64,000 bases of DNA, from contig NIVC01000087.1 of the NCBI GenBank assembly GCA_002269645.1, forward strand, positions 434,001 through 498,000, given 5' to 3'. This DNA comes from Macrostomum lignano (lineage: Eukaryota). Position numbers and translations under genes: made by a program. The notes beneath the pieces were generated by a model, which saw nothing but the letters and a program-made list of their open reading frames with translations, ran no database searches and was not told where the DNA came from. Positions 45,077 through 55,696 of this stretch are shown piece after piece (within the stretch, counting starts at the first letter, position 1; the number at the start of each line of letters is the position of its first letter).

Positions 45077-46258
45077 ATGACCAACAACAGCACGGGCAAC
45101 TGGACGGACGGGAAGCCGGATGGCGGCTTCGACAAGGAGGAGCACTTCCCCAACCCGGATGCCAAGTCGCGCGGCCTGTCAGTCAGCATCCAGGCCTTCA
45201 ACTTGCTGGCTCTGGCGCTCAACGCCTTCCTGCTGGTGATCCTGACGCGCAAGCAGTCGCGCACAGGCGCCAAAGGCCTGATCCTGCTGGCCGGCGCCGA
45301 GATCGGCATCAACCTTTCCCTGCTGGTCATGCACGCCGAGGTGTGGACGATGCACACCCACTCGCCCACCATGTTCGAGCATTTCAATTATAGTTTCGAA
45401 GCTTTCCACTTGCTGCGCAACGCCTGGCTCAGCGCCATGACCATCGCCAGGGCGCTGGCTGTCAGCCGGCCGTTCACCAGCTCCCGGCTGCTCACCAGGC
45501 GCCAGCAGGCCGTCATCTTCGGAATCGAGGCATTCGCCTGCGCGGCATGGAGCATCGCCGACCTGCTGCTTCAAAATGTCCAGTCGGACCATCGGGAGAG
45601 CGCGGTTCACAGAGTGCGCCGCGCGCTGGCTCTGCTGCGCCACGTTCTCAACACTGTGGTGGTGGGCACCATCATTGTGGTCACCAGCTCCGTCATTGTG
45701 CACCATGTGCGCCGCTCCTCCAGCCTCCAGCAGCCGGGCCAGCAGCATCAGCAGCACAGGAGGCGGGACAGGCAGGCCAGCAAGATTGTGGTCACCCTGG
45801 CCGTCGGCTTCTTTCTGCTGGAGGTGCCCAACGCTCTGGTGGTGTTCATCGTCATCACCGTCGCTATGGTCAAGGGCGATTTCGCCTTCATTCAAAGCAT
45901 CGCCCAGGTTCTCCACATCATCTACAGGGTGAACCACCTGCTGATTGTTGTCAACACCTGTCTGAATCCGTTCGTCCTGCTGGCCTTCAGCAGCGGATTT
46001 CGTCGGCAGGTTCGCGACGCCATCGCTTGCAAGACGAGGCCTGTTGGAGGCGGTGGAGGCGGAGCCGGTGGAGGCGGCCGCGGCGGCTTGGGCGGCACCA
46101 CCTCGGCCATCATTGACACGCCGAGGGTGGCTCGGCAGGCCGCCGAAGTGCGCAAGACGGCGGCTGCCAAGCTGGCCAATGGCCACGACCTGTCAGACGA
46201 TGAGGACAACGACGCTGTCCGGATGAGTCCGCTGATTTGGCCGAAAAATGATGAGTAG
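45077..46258 (+). CDS. Intronless rhodopsin-class (class A) 7TM orphan GPCR, peptide-receptor-like, 393 aa
   Basis: Single ORF with N-terminal N-glycosylation sequons (NNS, NWT) and seven hydrophobic segments. TM1 LN, TM2 LAGAE, TM3 end WLSAMTIARALAVSRPF, TM6 FFLLEVP, TM7 NTCLNPFVL, helix 8 FSSGFRRQV. GC-rich codon usage like the neighbouring exons. Confidence 0.9.
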   Translation: MTNNSTGNWTDGKPDGGFDKEEHFPNPDAKSRGLSVSIQAFNLLALALNAFLLVILTRKQSRTGAKGLILLAGAEIGINLSLLVMHAEVWTMHTHSPTMFEHFNYSFEAFHLLRNAWLSAMTIARALAVSRPFTSSRLLTRRQQAVIFGIEAFACAAWSIADLLLQNVQSDHRESAVHRVRRALALLRHVLNTVVVGTIIVVTSSVIVHHVRRSSSLQQPGQQHQQHRRRDRQASKIVVTLAVGFFLLEVPNALVVFIVITVAMVKGDFAFIQSIAQVLHIIYRVNHLLIVVNTCLNPFVLLAFSSGFRRQVRDAIACKTRPVGGGGGGAGGGGRGGLGGTTSAIIDTPRVARQAAEVRKTAAAKLANGHDLSDDEDNDAVRMSPLIWPKNDE

Positions 46259-46642
46259 TGATTTATGATCGGTGACAGCTCGCTTGTGCCGCGTCTGTTC
46301 CCGTCAGTGACCACCGGTGTAGGAGTAAGATGAAGTAACATTTGAAAATTATTCAAATTTATTAGAAGGCTCTTGTTGAAGTTCGAATGATCTGAAGAAG
46401 TTTAGGTGAAGAAATGTATTAGGCTTTCGAATAGTGGTTCACTATATCAAGTGTTGTTGCTGCTCCCCGTCACTATCAGACCATGCTAATGCTATCGATA
46501 TGGTCTTTGGTGACCGCCCTCTGTCTTTCTCTGCCGTTCCAAACTGAGAACCCACACACACAGTTCACTGACTAAAAATTGTTTCATTCTATTTAGATTT
46601 ATGGAGTATAGAACCTGGCGTTTTTTAACATTCCAAATAATG

Positions 46643-47286
46643 CAGGGGTGTCGCCACCGGAGGGGCACAGGGGGACATGTCCCCCCAGTAAAAGCTATGG
46701 TACCTGTCCCAGTACATGCCAATGCTTTTTGTCCCTCACCCCCTTGTGACCCGTTATGGAAATCAAAAAATTTGCTTCAGGGCGCCAAAATATAGCGCCT
46801 GCGGCACTAAAATGAGTGCCTGCGGCGCCAAAATGAGTGCCTGCGGCGCCAAAATGAGTGCCTGCGGTGCCAAAATGAGTGCCTGCGGCGCCAAAATGAG
46901 TGCCTGCGGCGCCAAAATGAGTGCCTGCGGCGCCAAAATGAGTGCCTGCGGCGCCAAAATGAGTGCCTGCGGAACTAAAATGAGTACCTGCGGCGCCAAA
47001 ATGAGTGCCTTCGGCGCCAAAATGAGTGCCTGCGGCGCCAAAATGAGTGCCTGCGGCGCCAAAATGAGTGCCTGCGGCGCCAAAATGAGTGCCTGCGGCG
47101 CCAAAATGAGTGCCTGCGGCGCCAAAATGAGTGCCTGCGGCGCCAAAATGAGTGCCTGCGGCGCCAAAATAACTGCCTGCGGCACTAATTCTGAAAATAA
47201 TGTACATGTAGGAATTTAGTCATATACATGTCATATAGAATTCTTAGCTTTGTCCTCCCACCATAAAATCCATGGCGACGCCCCTG
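46643..47286. mobile_element. Non-autonomous hAT-type element (MITE) with an internal 21-bp tandem array
   Basis: TIRs CAGGGGTGTCGCCA / TGGCGACGCCCCTG (1 mismatch) and an exact 8-bp TSD AAATAATG at 46635-46642 and 47287-47294. Confidence 0.9.
46795..47185. repeat. 21-bp array (GCCTGCGGCGCCAAAATGAGT) inside a hAT MITE
   Basis: Direct inspection. Confidence 0.95.
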
Positions 47287-47653
47287 AAATAATGTACTTG
47301 CATTGCACATGTACGAGTTACTTGTGACTTATTTAATGTTGTTATTCTAGTAGGCTAAGTCGGCACTGGGTTAGAAGTACTTATCCAGCCAGTTTTTTCT
47401 CACAAAAATTTTCCAAAGAGCCTCGAGAGTTTTATCGATTTAATTTTTTTACTTTTTGAAAGTATTTTTTTGGAAAAATTGTTTTCCCTCTACTATTTTT
47501 TAATCTTTTTTTATTGAATTTTTAGTGTCTAAGAGCGCTAAAAATCTCCTGAATCTCCGTTAGTCGAAACTTCTCTCGGAAGTTCTACAGTTGATCCCAA
47601 TCTATAAGCTGTAAACACTGCACGACCCCTTCATCCAGTCTGCTTGAGTCTGT

Positions 47654-48966
47654 CAGTGGCGTATGCAGAGGGGGTCAGGGGGATGCGGCTTCCAACGGCC
47701 TAAGGGGACAAGGGGTTTAAGCAACCCACCGAAACGCAGGGGGCACCCACCAAAAGACAGGGGGCACCCACCCACCAAAAGACAGGGACGCCAACCAAAA
47801 GACAGGGACGCCAACCAAAAGACAGGGGCGCCAACCAAAAGACAGGGACGCCAACCAAAAGACAGGGGCGCCAACCAAAAGACAGGGGTGCCAACCAAAA
47901 GACAGGGTCGCCAACCAAAAGACAGGGGTGCCAACCAAAAGACAGGGTCGCCAACCAAAAGACAGGGGCGCCAACCAAAAGACAGGGACGCCAACCAAAA
48001 GACAGGGGCGCCAACCAAAAGACAGGGGCGCCAATCAAAAGACAGGGGCGCCAATCAAAAGACAGGGGCGCCAACCAAAAGACAGGGACGCCAACCAAAA
48101 GACAGGGGCGCCAACCAAAAGACAGGGACGCCAACCAAAAGACAGGGACGCCAACCAAAAGACAGGGACGCCAACCAAAAGACAGGGGCGCCAACCAAAA
48201 AACAGGGGCGCCAACCAAAAGACAGGGGCGCCAACCAAAAGACAGGGTCGCCAACCAAAAGACAGGGGCGCCAACCAAAAGACAGGGACGCCAACCAAAA
48301 GACAGGGGCGCCAACCAAAAGACAGGGGCGCCAATCAAAAGACAGGGGCGCCAATCAAAAAACAGGGGCGCCAACCAAAAGACAGGGACGCCAACCAAAA
48401 GACAGGGGCGCCAACCAAAAGACAGGGGCGCCAATCAAAAGACAGGGGCGCCAATCAAAAGACAGGGGCGCCAACCAAAAGACAGGGGCGCCAACCAAAA
48501 GACAGGGACGCCAACCAAAAGACAGGGGCGCCAACCAAAAGACAGGGGCGCCAACCAAAAGACAGGGGCGCCAACCAAAAGACAGGGGCGCCAACCAAAA
48601 AACAGGGGCGCCAACCAAAAGACAGGGGTGCTAACCAAAAGACAGGGTCGCCAACCAAAAGACAGGGGCGCCAACCAAAAGACAGGGGCGCCAACCAAAA
48701 GACAGGGGCGCCAACCAAAAGACAGGGGCGCCAACCAAAAGACAGGGGCGCCAACCAAAAGACAGGGGCGCCAACCAAAAGACAGGGGCGCCAACCAAAA
48801 GACAGGGTCGCCAACCAAAAGACAGGGGCGCCAACCAAAAGACAGGGTCGCCAACCAAAAGACAGGGGCGCCAACCAAAAGACAGGGTCGCCAACCAAAA
48901 GACACCAACTATTGGCGCCCCTTAGGGTTGCGCTCCCCTCAATAAAAATTGTTGCTTACGGCACAG
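47654..48966. mobile_element. Probable degenerate hAT-type MITE with an internal 20-bp tandem array
   Basis: Left end CAGTGGCGTATGCA, right end TGCTTACGGCACAG (11/14 inverted match), with G/C-run subterminal sequences. No TSD found. Confidence 0.5.
47750..48903. repeat. 20-bp array (GACAGGGGCGCCAACCAAAA), ~57 copies, inside a probable MITE
   Basis: Direct inspection. Confidence 0.95.
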
Positions 48967-49613
48967 ATTTTCTTAATAGGCAGAGTGTTTTGTCTATTTA
49001 TTTAATCATAACTTGCTGTATACGATTACACTAAGCAATGTAATCCTCGCTAAAATGCGGCCAGTTTTAAAGCATATAACTGTTGTGAAGTGAAACGTTA
49101 ATTGCCTACACTGTATGTACAAATCGAGAGAGCAACTACTGTATGGCACTTGCGCATATTAATACAAATCGGTACAGCCCACAGTTTAAGGGTGAGAGTC
49201 CCTAATATGCTCTAATTGTGACGGCATTCCGCACGCAACAGATACTCGTAGTCGCATGGTTGGAGCAATTAATTTGGCTCGAATACCGCTTCACTCTGCA
49301 ACCCTCAGTTTGTTCATTTCCGCCCGTTAACTGCCCGCATCTATCTGCATGTTCTCCGAGCAGCATTATATATAGAAAATATGCACTTGACTAAACAAAT
49401 ATACAAGTTTTTTTGTCAGAAAAATATTTTGACAAGAACTGTGAAACTTCTCGATCGAAAGTCTACTGCTCTCGTATAAGTTGCCGTTGTAGCAAGACGT
49501 AACACTCGCGCGTTCTGTGGACAATTTATTTGAAGGGCTAATTTTGCCTAAAATTCCCACATTTGCCTTAATTGAAACGGGTTGAGTGCAGGTAAGAAAC
49601 GGAGGGGTGGAGT

Positions 49614-49998
49614 CATAGATAAAGTATACATAGATTCCACCCCTGCCCCCGCGGAGTGTCTAAATTGTGACCATCACTTTATTCACTGCGCTCCTATTGG
49701 CTGGGCCACGCTATGCACATTGAGTCCACGTGTGTACATTCCCCCAACTCCGGAACACTTGCGTGTCGACTTCATTCTTGCTAAACTGTTGAAACTGGTA
49801 AGACATCCTTTCGTTCCGCGCATTAAAGTTATAAAGCTTTCTTGTGTGGAAGGGGTGAGGGAATGAAATCGAAGGGGTTGAAAGGAAGGCTTTCGCGCCA
49901 GCCAATGAGAGCACGGTGAGTTTTATGGTGGTCAAAGTTTGGACACGAGCGTGTGTACATTCTGGGCAGGGGTGGAATCTATGTATACTTTATCTATG
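49614..49998. mobile_element. hAT-type MITE, 385 bp
   Basis: Perfect ~35-bp TIR CATAGATAAAGTATACATAGATTCCACCCCTGCCC and its reverse complement, with an exact 8-bp TSD GGTGGAGT at 49606-49613 and 49999-50006. Confidence 0.93.
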
Positions 49999-50299
49999 GG
50001 TGGAGTACCTGACTGAGGAAAGAAGGGAGAGATTGAAGAGCCAATCAGAAGGTTGCAAGGGAAAGATAAGAATATCAAGCCTGAACTTGAGGAAAGAGGG
50101 GGGAGATTGAAGAGCCAATCAGAAGGCAGCGAGGGAAAGAGATAAGAATATATCAAGTCTGAACTAGAGAGGGAGAGAAACAGCACAGAGAGCCGGAGGA
50201 GGGTTCTTAAGGTCAAAATATCACGTCGAAAACTCAATAAAACAAAAAAACCATGCAGTAGTTCTCGGCATTGCGAAATTTCGACCTTGTGAAAGTGAC

Positions 50300-50949
50300 T
50301 GTTGTTTGAGTTTTAATTTGAGAAAGATGCTCCATCATATTCGAGAACGATGCTCCATCATATTCGAGAAAGATGCTCCATCATATTCGAGAAGATGCTC
50401 CATCATATTCGAGAAAGATGCTCCATCATATTTGAAAAAGATGCTCCATCATATTCGAGAATGATGCTCCATCATATTCGAGAAAGATGCTCCATCATAT
50501 TCGAGAAAGACGCTCCATCATATTCGAGAAAGATGCTCCATCATATTCGAGAAAGACGCTCCATCATATTCGAGAAAGATGCTCCATCATATTTGAGAAA
50601 GACGCTCCATCATATTCGAGAAAGACGCTCCATCATATTCGAGAAAGATGCTCCATCATATTTGAGAAAGACGCTCCATCATATTCGAGAAAGACGCTCC
50701 ATCATATTCGAGAAAGATGCTCCATCATATTTGAGAAAGACGCTCCATCATATTCGAGTCATTCGACGGTCAAAAACTGCATAGCGGAGCTTCAAGGAGG
50801 AAGAAGCGTCACTGCCGATGAGCTCCGCGTACATGAGAGATTTTGCAATTTGCATGCTACAACATGAATGAAACGGGCAAGGGGGCTGATGAATGCACGC
50901 GGCCTGAGCAAAAGTGCATGAGACCACGAACTTTTTAATGCCCCTCGTA
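50300..50949 (+). mobile_element. Internally deleted mariner element remnant (N-terminal HTH fragment plus right TIR)
   Basis: Translates EKDAPSYS(SH)STVKNCIAELQGGRSVTADELR, compared with the mariner consensus-like DAPSYSTVKxWVAEFKRGRTSxEDEPR. It ends in AACTTTTTAATGCCCCTCG-TA, a typical mariner TIR plus TA. No left TIR found. Confidence 0.75.
50320..50757. repeat. 23-bp array (GAGAAAGATGCTCCATCATATTC), ~19 copies, derived from mariner coding sequence
   Basis: The unit encodes EKDAPSY(S) and runs directly into STVKNCIAEL. Confidence 0.92.
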
Positions 50950-51609
50950 AAATGTAGAGTAGACCATAAAGTGACTTTGGTAGTATAACTTCAGCTGAAT
51001 CGAGTCTAGCTCGTACGACTATCAGAACCAAAAAGGAACAAAAAATGATGCTCTTCAAAAACGGCTTTGAATCCAGATAAATTGATAAGATTGAGTCTTC
51101 TTGTCAGTGAGCAAATGTAAAAGTGCCACCCTCTGGCAGCTCTATTTAATAAAGTCTCATCACTGCTGAAGCGTGATTAAAGCCATGCAGGCTCAGAACC
51201 AGCCCACTCGTCCCAACCCCCCGCAGAGCAGAGCACGTTATTTTCGCCAGATGTGCTCAACTCAATCAAAAATTCTACAGGCCCCCAGAGTCTCGCATGA
51301 TGGAGCTGAAAATTAAAACTGACAGGTAGGCCCCCATCGCCTGAATAAAATTGCTAATGAAACACGGACAAACGGAAAGTAAATTGTCACATCAGACACG
51401 ACAGAAATAATTGCGTGCCCACAGTTTCCTCAAGAGAATTCTTGGCCACAGAAAAAACTATTCTGCAGGGTTATTGCTTTCTACTTTAGCGAAGTCTATT
51501 GTTTTGGCTAAAAATGGACCGCAGAATTTCATACAGAAGTTCTTTCAATTTGTTCACTCTTGTTGCTAAGGAAAACAACCATCCAGGTGCAAAGCGGCGG
51601 GAAAACCCA

Positions 51610-53150
51610 TGATCCTTCACATGGCGCCATTCAGTTTAGCTACACCTCCCTGATCCTTCACATGGCGCCATTCAGTTTAGCTACACCTCCCCGATCCTTC
51701 ACATGGCGCCATTCAGTTTAGCTACACCCCTCTGATCATTCACATGGCGCCATTCAGTTTAGCTACACCTCCCTGATCATTCATATGGCGCCATTCAGTT
51801 TAGCTACACCTCCCTGATCCTTCACATGGCGCCATTCAGTTTAGCTACACCTCCCTGATCCTTCACATGGCGCCATTCAGTTTAGCTACACCTCCCTGAT
51901 CCTTCACATGGCGCCATTCAGTTTAGCTACACCTCCCTGATCCTTCACATGGCGCCATTCAGTTTAGCTACACCTCCCTGATCCTTCACATGGCGCCATT
52001 CAGTTTAGCTACACCTCCCTGATCCTTCACATGGCGCCATTCAGTTTAGCTACACCTCCCTGATCCTTCACATGGCGCCATTCAGTTTAGCTACACCTCC
52101 CCGATCCTTCGTATGGCGCCATTCAGTTTAGCTACACCTCCCTGATCCTTCACATGGCGCCATTCAGTTTAGCTACAACTCCCTGATCCTTCACATGGCG
52201 CCATTCAGTTTAGCTACACCTCCCCGATCCTTCACATGGCGCCATTCAGTTTAGCTACACCTCCCTGATCCTTCACATGGCGCCATTCAGTTTAGCTACA
52301 CCTCCCTGATCCTTCACATGGCGCCATTCAGTTTAGCTACACCTCCCTGATCCTTCACATGGCGCCATTCAGTTTAGCTACACCTCCCTGATCCTTCACA
52401 TGGCGCCATTCAGTTTAGGTACACCTTCCTGATCCTTCACATGGCGCCATTCAGTTTAGCTACACCTCCCTGATCCTTCACATGGCGCCATTCAGTTTAG
52501 CTACACCTCCCTGATCCTTCACATGGCGCCATTCAGTTTAGCTACACCTCCCTGATCCTTCACATGGCGCCATTCAGTTTAGCTACACCTCCCTGATCCT
52601 TCACATGGCGCCATTCAGTTTAGCTACACCTCCCTGATCCTTCACATGGCGCCATTCAGTTTAGCTACACCTCCCCGATCCTTCACATGGCGCCATTCAG
52701 TTTAGCTACACCTCCCTGATCCTTCACATGGCGCCATTCAGTTTAGCTACACCTCCCTGATCCTTCACATGGCGCCATTCAGTTTAGCTACACCTCCCTG
52801 ATCCTTCACATGGCGCCATTCAGTTTAGCTACACCTCCCTGATCCTTCACATGGCGCCATTCAGTTTAGCTACACCTCCCTGATCCTTCACATGGCGCCA
52901 TTCAGTTTAGCTACACCTCCCTGATCCTTCACATGGCGCCATTCAGTTTAGCTACACCTCCCTGATCCTTCACATGGCGCCATTCAGTTTAGCTACACCT
53001 CCCTGATCCTTCACATGGCGCCATTCAGTTTAGCTACACCTCCCTGATCCTTCACATGGCGCCATTCAGTTTAGCTACACCTCCCTGATCCTTCACATGG
53101 CGCCATTCAGTTTAGCTACACCTCCCTGATCCTTCACATGGCGCCATCCT
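51610..53150. repeat. 41-bp homogeneous array (GATCCTTCACATGGCGCCATTCAGTTTAGCTACACCTCCCT), ~37 copies
   Basis: Period 41 at 51611/51652. Each unit carries the palindrome ATGGCGCCAT. Confidence 0.96.
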
Positions 53151-55696
53151 TCGTACGGCGCCCTGCCGCCAGTAAGATAGCAGTGTTAAAAAATAAGCAA
53201 ACAGAGTTCTCAAAGTCGAAATTGAATTCTATCATTGAGAGAAACCAAAAGTAGAATTTATTTTTTGCTGCTTTTTAGCAATCAGAATTTAAGCGATATC
53301 AACTGACTACTGTGTCGGTATGCATTTGATAGCAAAGATGGATGATAAGCAACATTAATTAGGGGATAGAGGGATTTAGCTATACCTAATGAAATTATCT
53401 AAACAACAGTAAAGATTTATCTAAACTGAAAATACACAAAACGAAAAAGGCGAAGTGCAACTGTGACCGGAACCGTCACAGCGAAACTTTGAGTTAGGAC
53501 CCCAATTCAGATAAATTATGAGAACTCAATCGAATAATCGTCTATGGTATTATAAAGTCATGATAATGATGACAGATTATATTAATGCAATGCACTTGCA
53601 CACATATCTCTTTGTCTTATCATACTACTTACATTTAGAGCGTCTATTTATAGTTCTCGCGTGGTCGTGCGAAATTGGTTCCGAGCTTGATAATTTAGTC
53701 TATGGCCAAAACTGACTTCCAGACGCCGAATCTGATCTTAATTCTCGCTAAATATGAACAAATACAGAATAAAGACCGGTTGGGCCAGAGACAACGTCTT
53801 AAATAGCAAAATGTATAAGCTCGATAATCGTACGCAGTGAGATTGTCTTTAGTCAAAGCCAATGTAATTGAAGCGGAAGACTATCCCGAGATTGCGGTGG
53901 GTCGGGGCCATAGATATTTCGTAGATTAGCAATCCATGAAATTCATTCATCAATGTACAAGTCTGACAAGTGATGACTAAACGCCGTCTTCTGTGCTGCT
54001 GCAGTCAGCTGAAGGCTCCCTGCATCCGTGCAAAGCCATCACTGTCTTGAACTATGCTGGCTCTCAGGTCTCTGACTAAACTCTGCGGCCATAAATTGCA
54101 AATTTGCGAGTTGTCTCTGGCCCAACCTGTCTTTTGTTCTGCTGACTTTCAACTTTGAATGCCCGTTTTCTAACCTTTATAACCTATGCTAAACGCATAG
54201 ATAGCGAGTGGCAATCACAGATACTAGAATAACTAGATAGACCACTCAGCACATTTGCGTGTAAGCTACTTTCAGTTCAGTAGTAAGTTAAACAAAAGCA
54301 TCTTAATGTATTTTTAAAGCCGCTCATTTATTGGCTCTTACAACCCAGCTTAAACCCTCAAACCGCGCCTTTCCACACTACCCCCTGCGCACCAATTTTT
54401 TATTGCCGTTCTCGGAATTCCAGCCTAAAGCTGCCATGTACATTTCAGTGGACTGGCTAATGTACATTATTGCTGAACCAATTAGCAAGTTGTTTACGCC
54501 TGCAAGCTTGGGCTGCTTGACTTATCAATGTCGTTTCAGCCGCCTATTTTATAAAATAGCTTATGTATTCTTCTTTGCTACTGAACTGAAAGTACGAGTA
54601 GAAAGCTGCTTTATTAAGTATATGTGCCTGAATGGCCCATCTAGTCATTTTAGTATCTGTTGGTGGCAACTAACTCTCCCAGATTTGACTTTTTTGTAAT
54701 ATTCTCGATTGTCATTCGAAGGTGATATAATTAAATTAGGAAAATAACCTTAATTTAGCCTGTCATACATTAATTAAAACAGACAGACGGACACTACACC
54801 TAGCAGGCAGATGGGATTGGGAAGTTGCAAAGAATAGAAAACACCCAAAATATTATATTTTGAAAAAAGGAGAACAATTACAGTGCATAGAGAAATAGAA
54901 TTCATACAGGATTACAATACTCGTACGCCCGGAAACAAAAGGCTAATTATATCCATTAAATATGATGCTTATATATGCAGAGTTATTGGAGGATTGGAGG
55001 CTTCCCTTGAATTGTCTATAGCCCAAAAGAGGGGCTATATGGTCTTGTTTCTGCGGAAGTTTTCCGAAATTTCCACAACCGTGAAATGGATTAGGCTATT
55101 TTCGCCTTGGCTTAATGAGCGATAGATACATGTAATAAATGAGAGATAGATAGATATAAACGAACACACAGGCGCCGCGAGACTCCCAAAAACCAAAAAA
55201 AAACGAAAGAATAATCAAAACGATTACAATTAATTGATAAGAGATCTGCAGTAGTTCATATATACAATCAGATAAACAAACAATTTAAACAAATAAAACC
55301 GAAAAAATGATACGAATCACTCTTAAACCGCGTGGCTATATGTAACCAACATATATATTAACGCTGTCAAAAAAATTTAAAACTTCTGAACTTATGGACC
55401 AAAGCTCACACAAAATACATGCCACACACTGGGTACTTACAATAAAACTGGTGTTTTTAACCAAGCAAAAAACCATAAAATTTCGAAGACAATTAATAAA
55501 CAGCATTGCAATAAAAGAGCGGACCAAGCAGTACAGAAGGATAGAAGTTATAAGACTAATTCACTAAGTTTACAAAGAGGGCTTGGTAGGAGTTCTCGGG
55601 CTTTTAACAAGTTTGCTGCAACATTAAAAGAAGAAATTGTCGTCACCCGATTAAACAGTGGCTGGTAGTAACTGGGGAAGAGTCCGGCTAGAAGGA

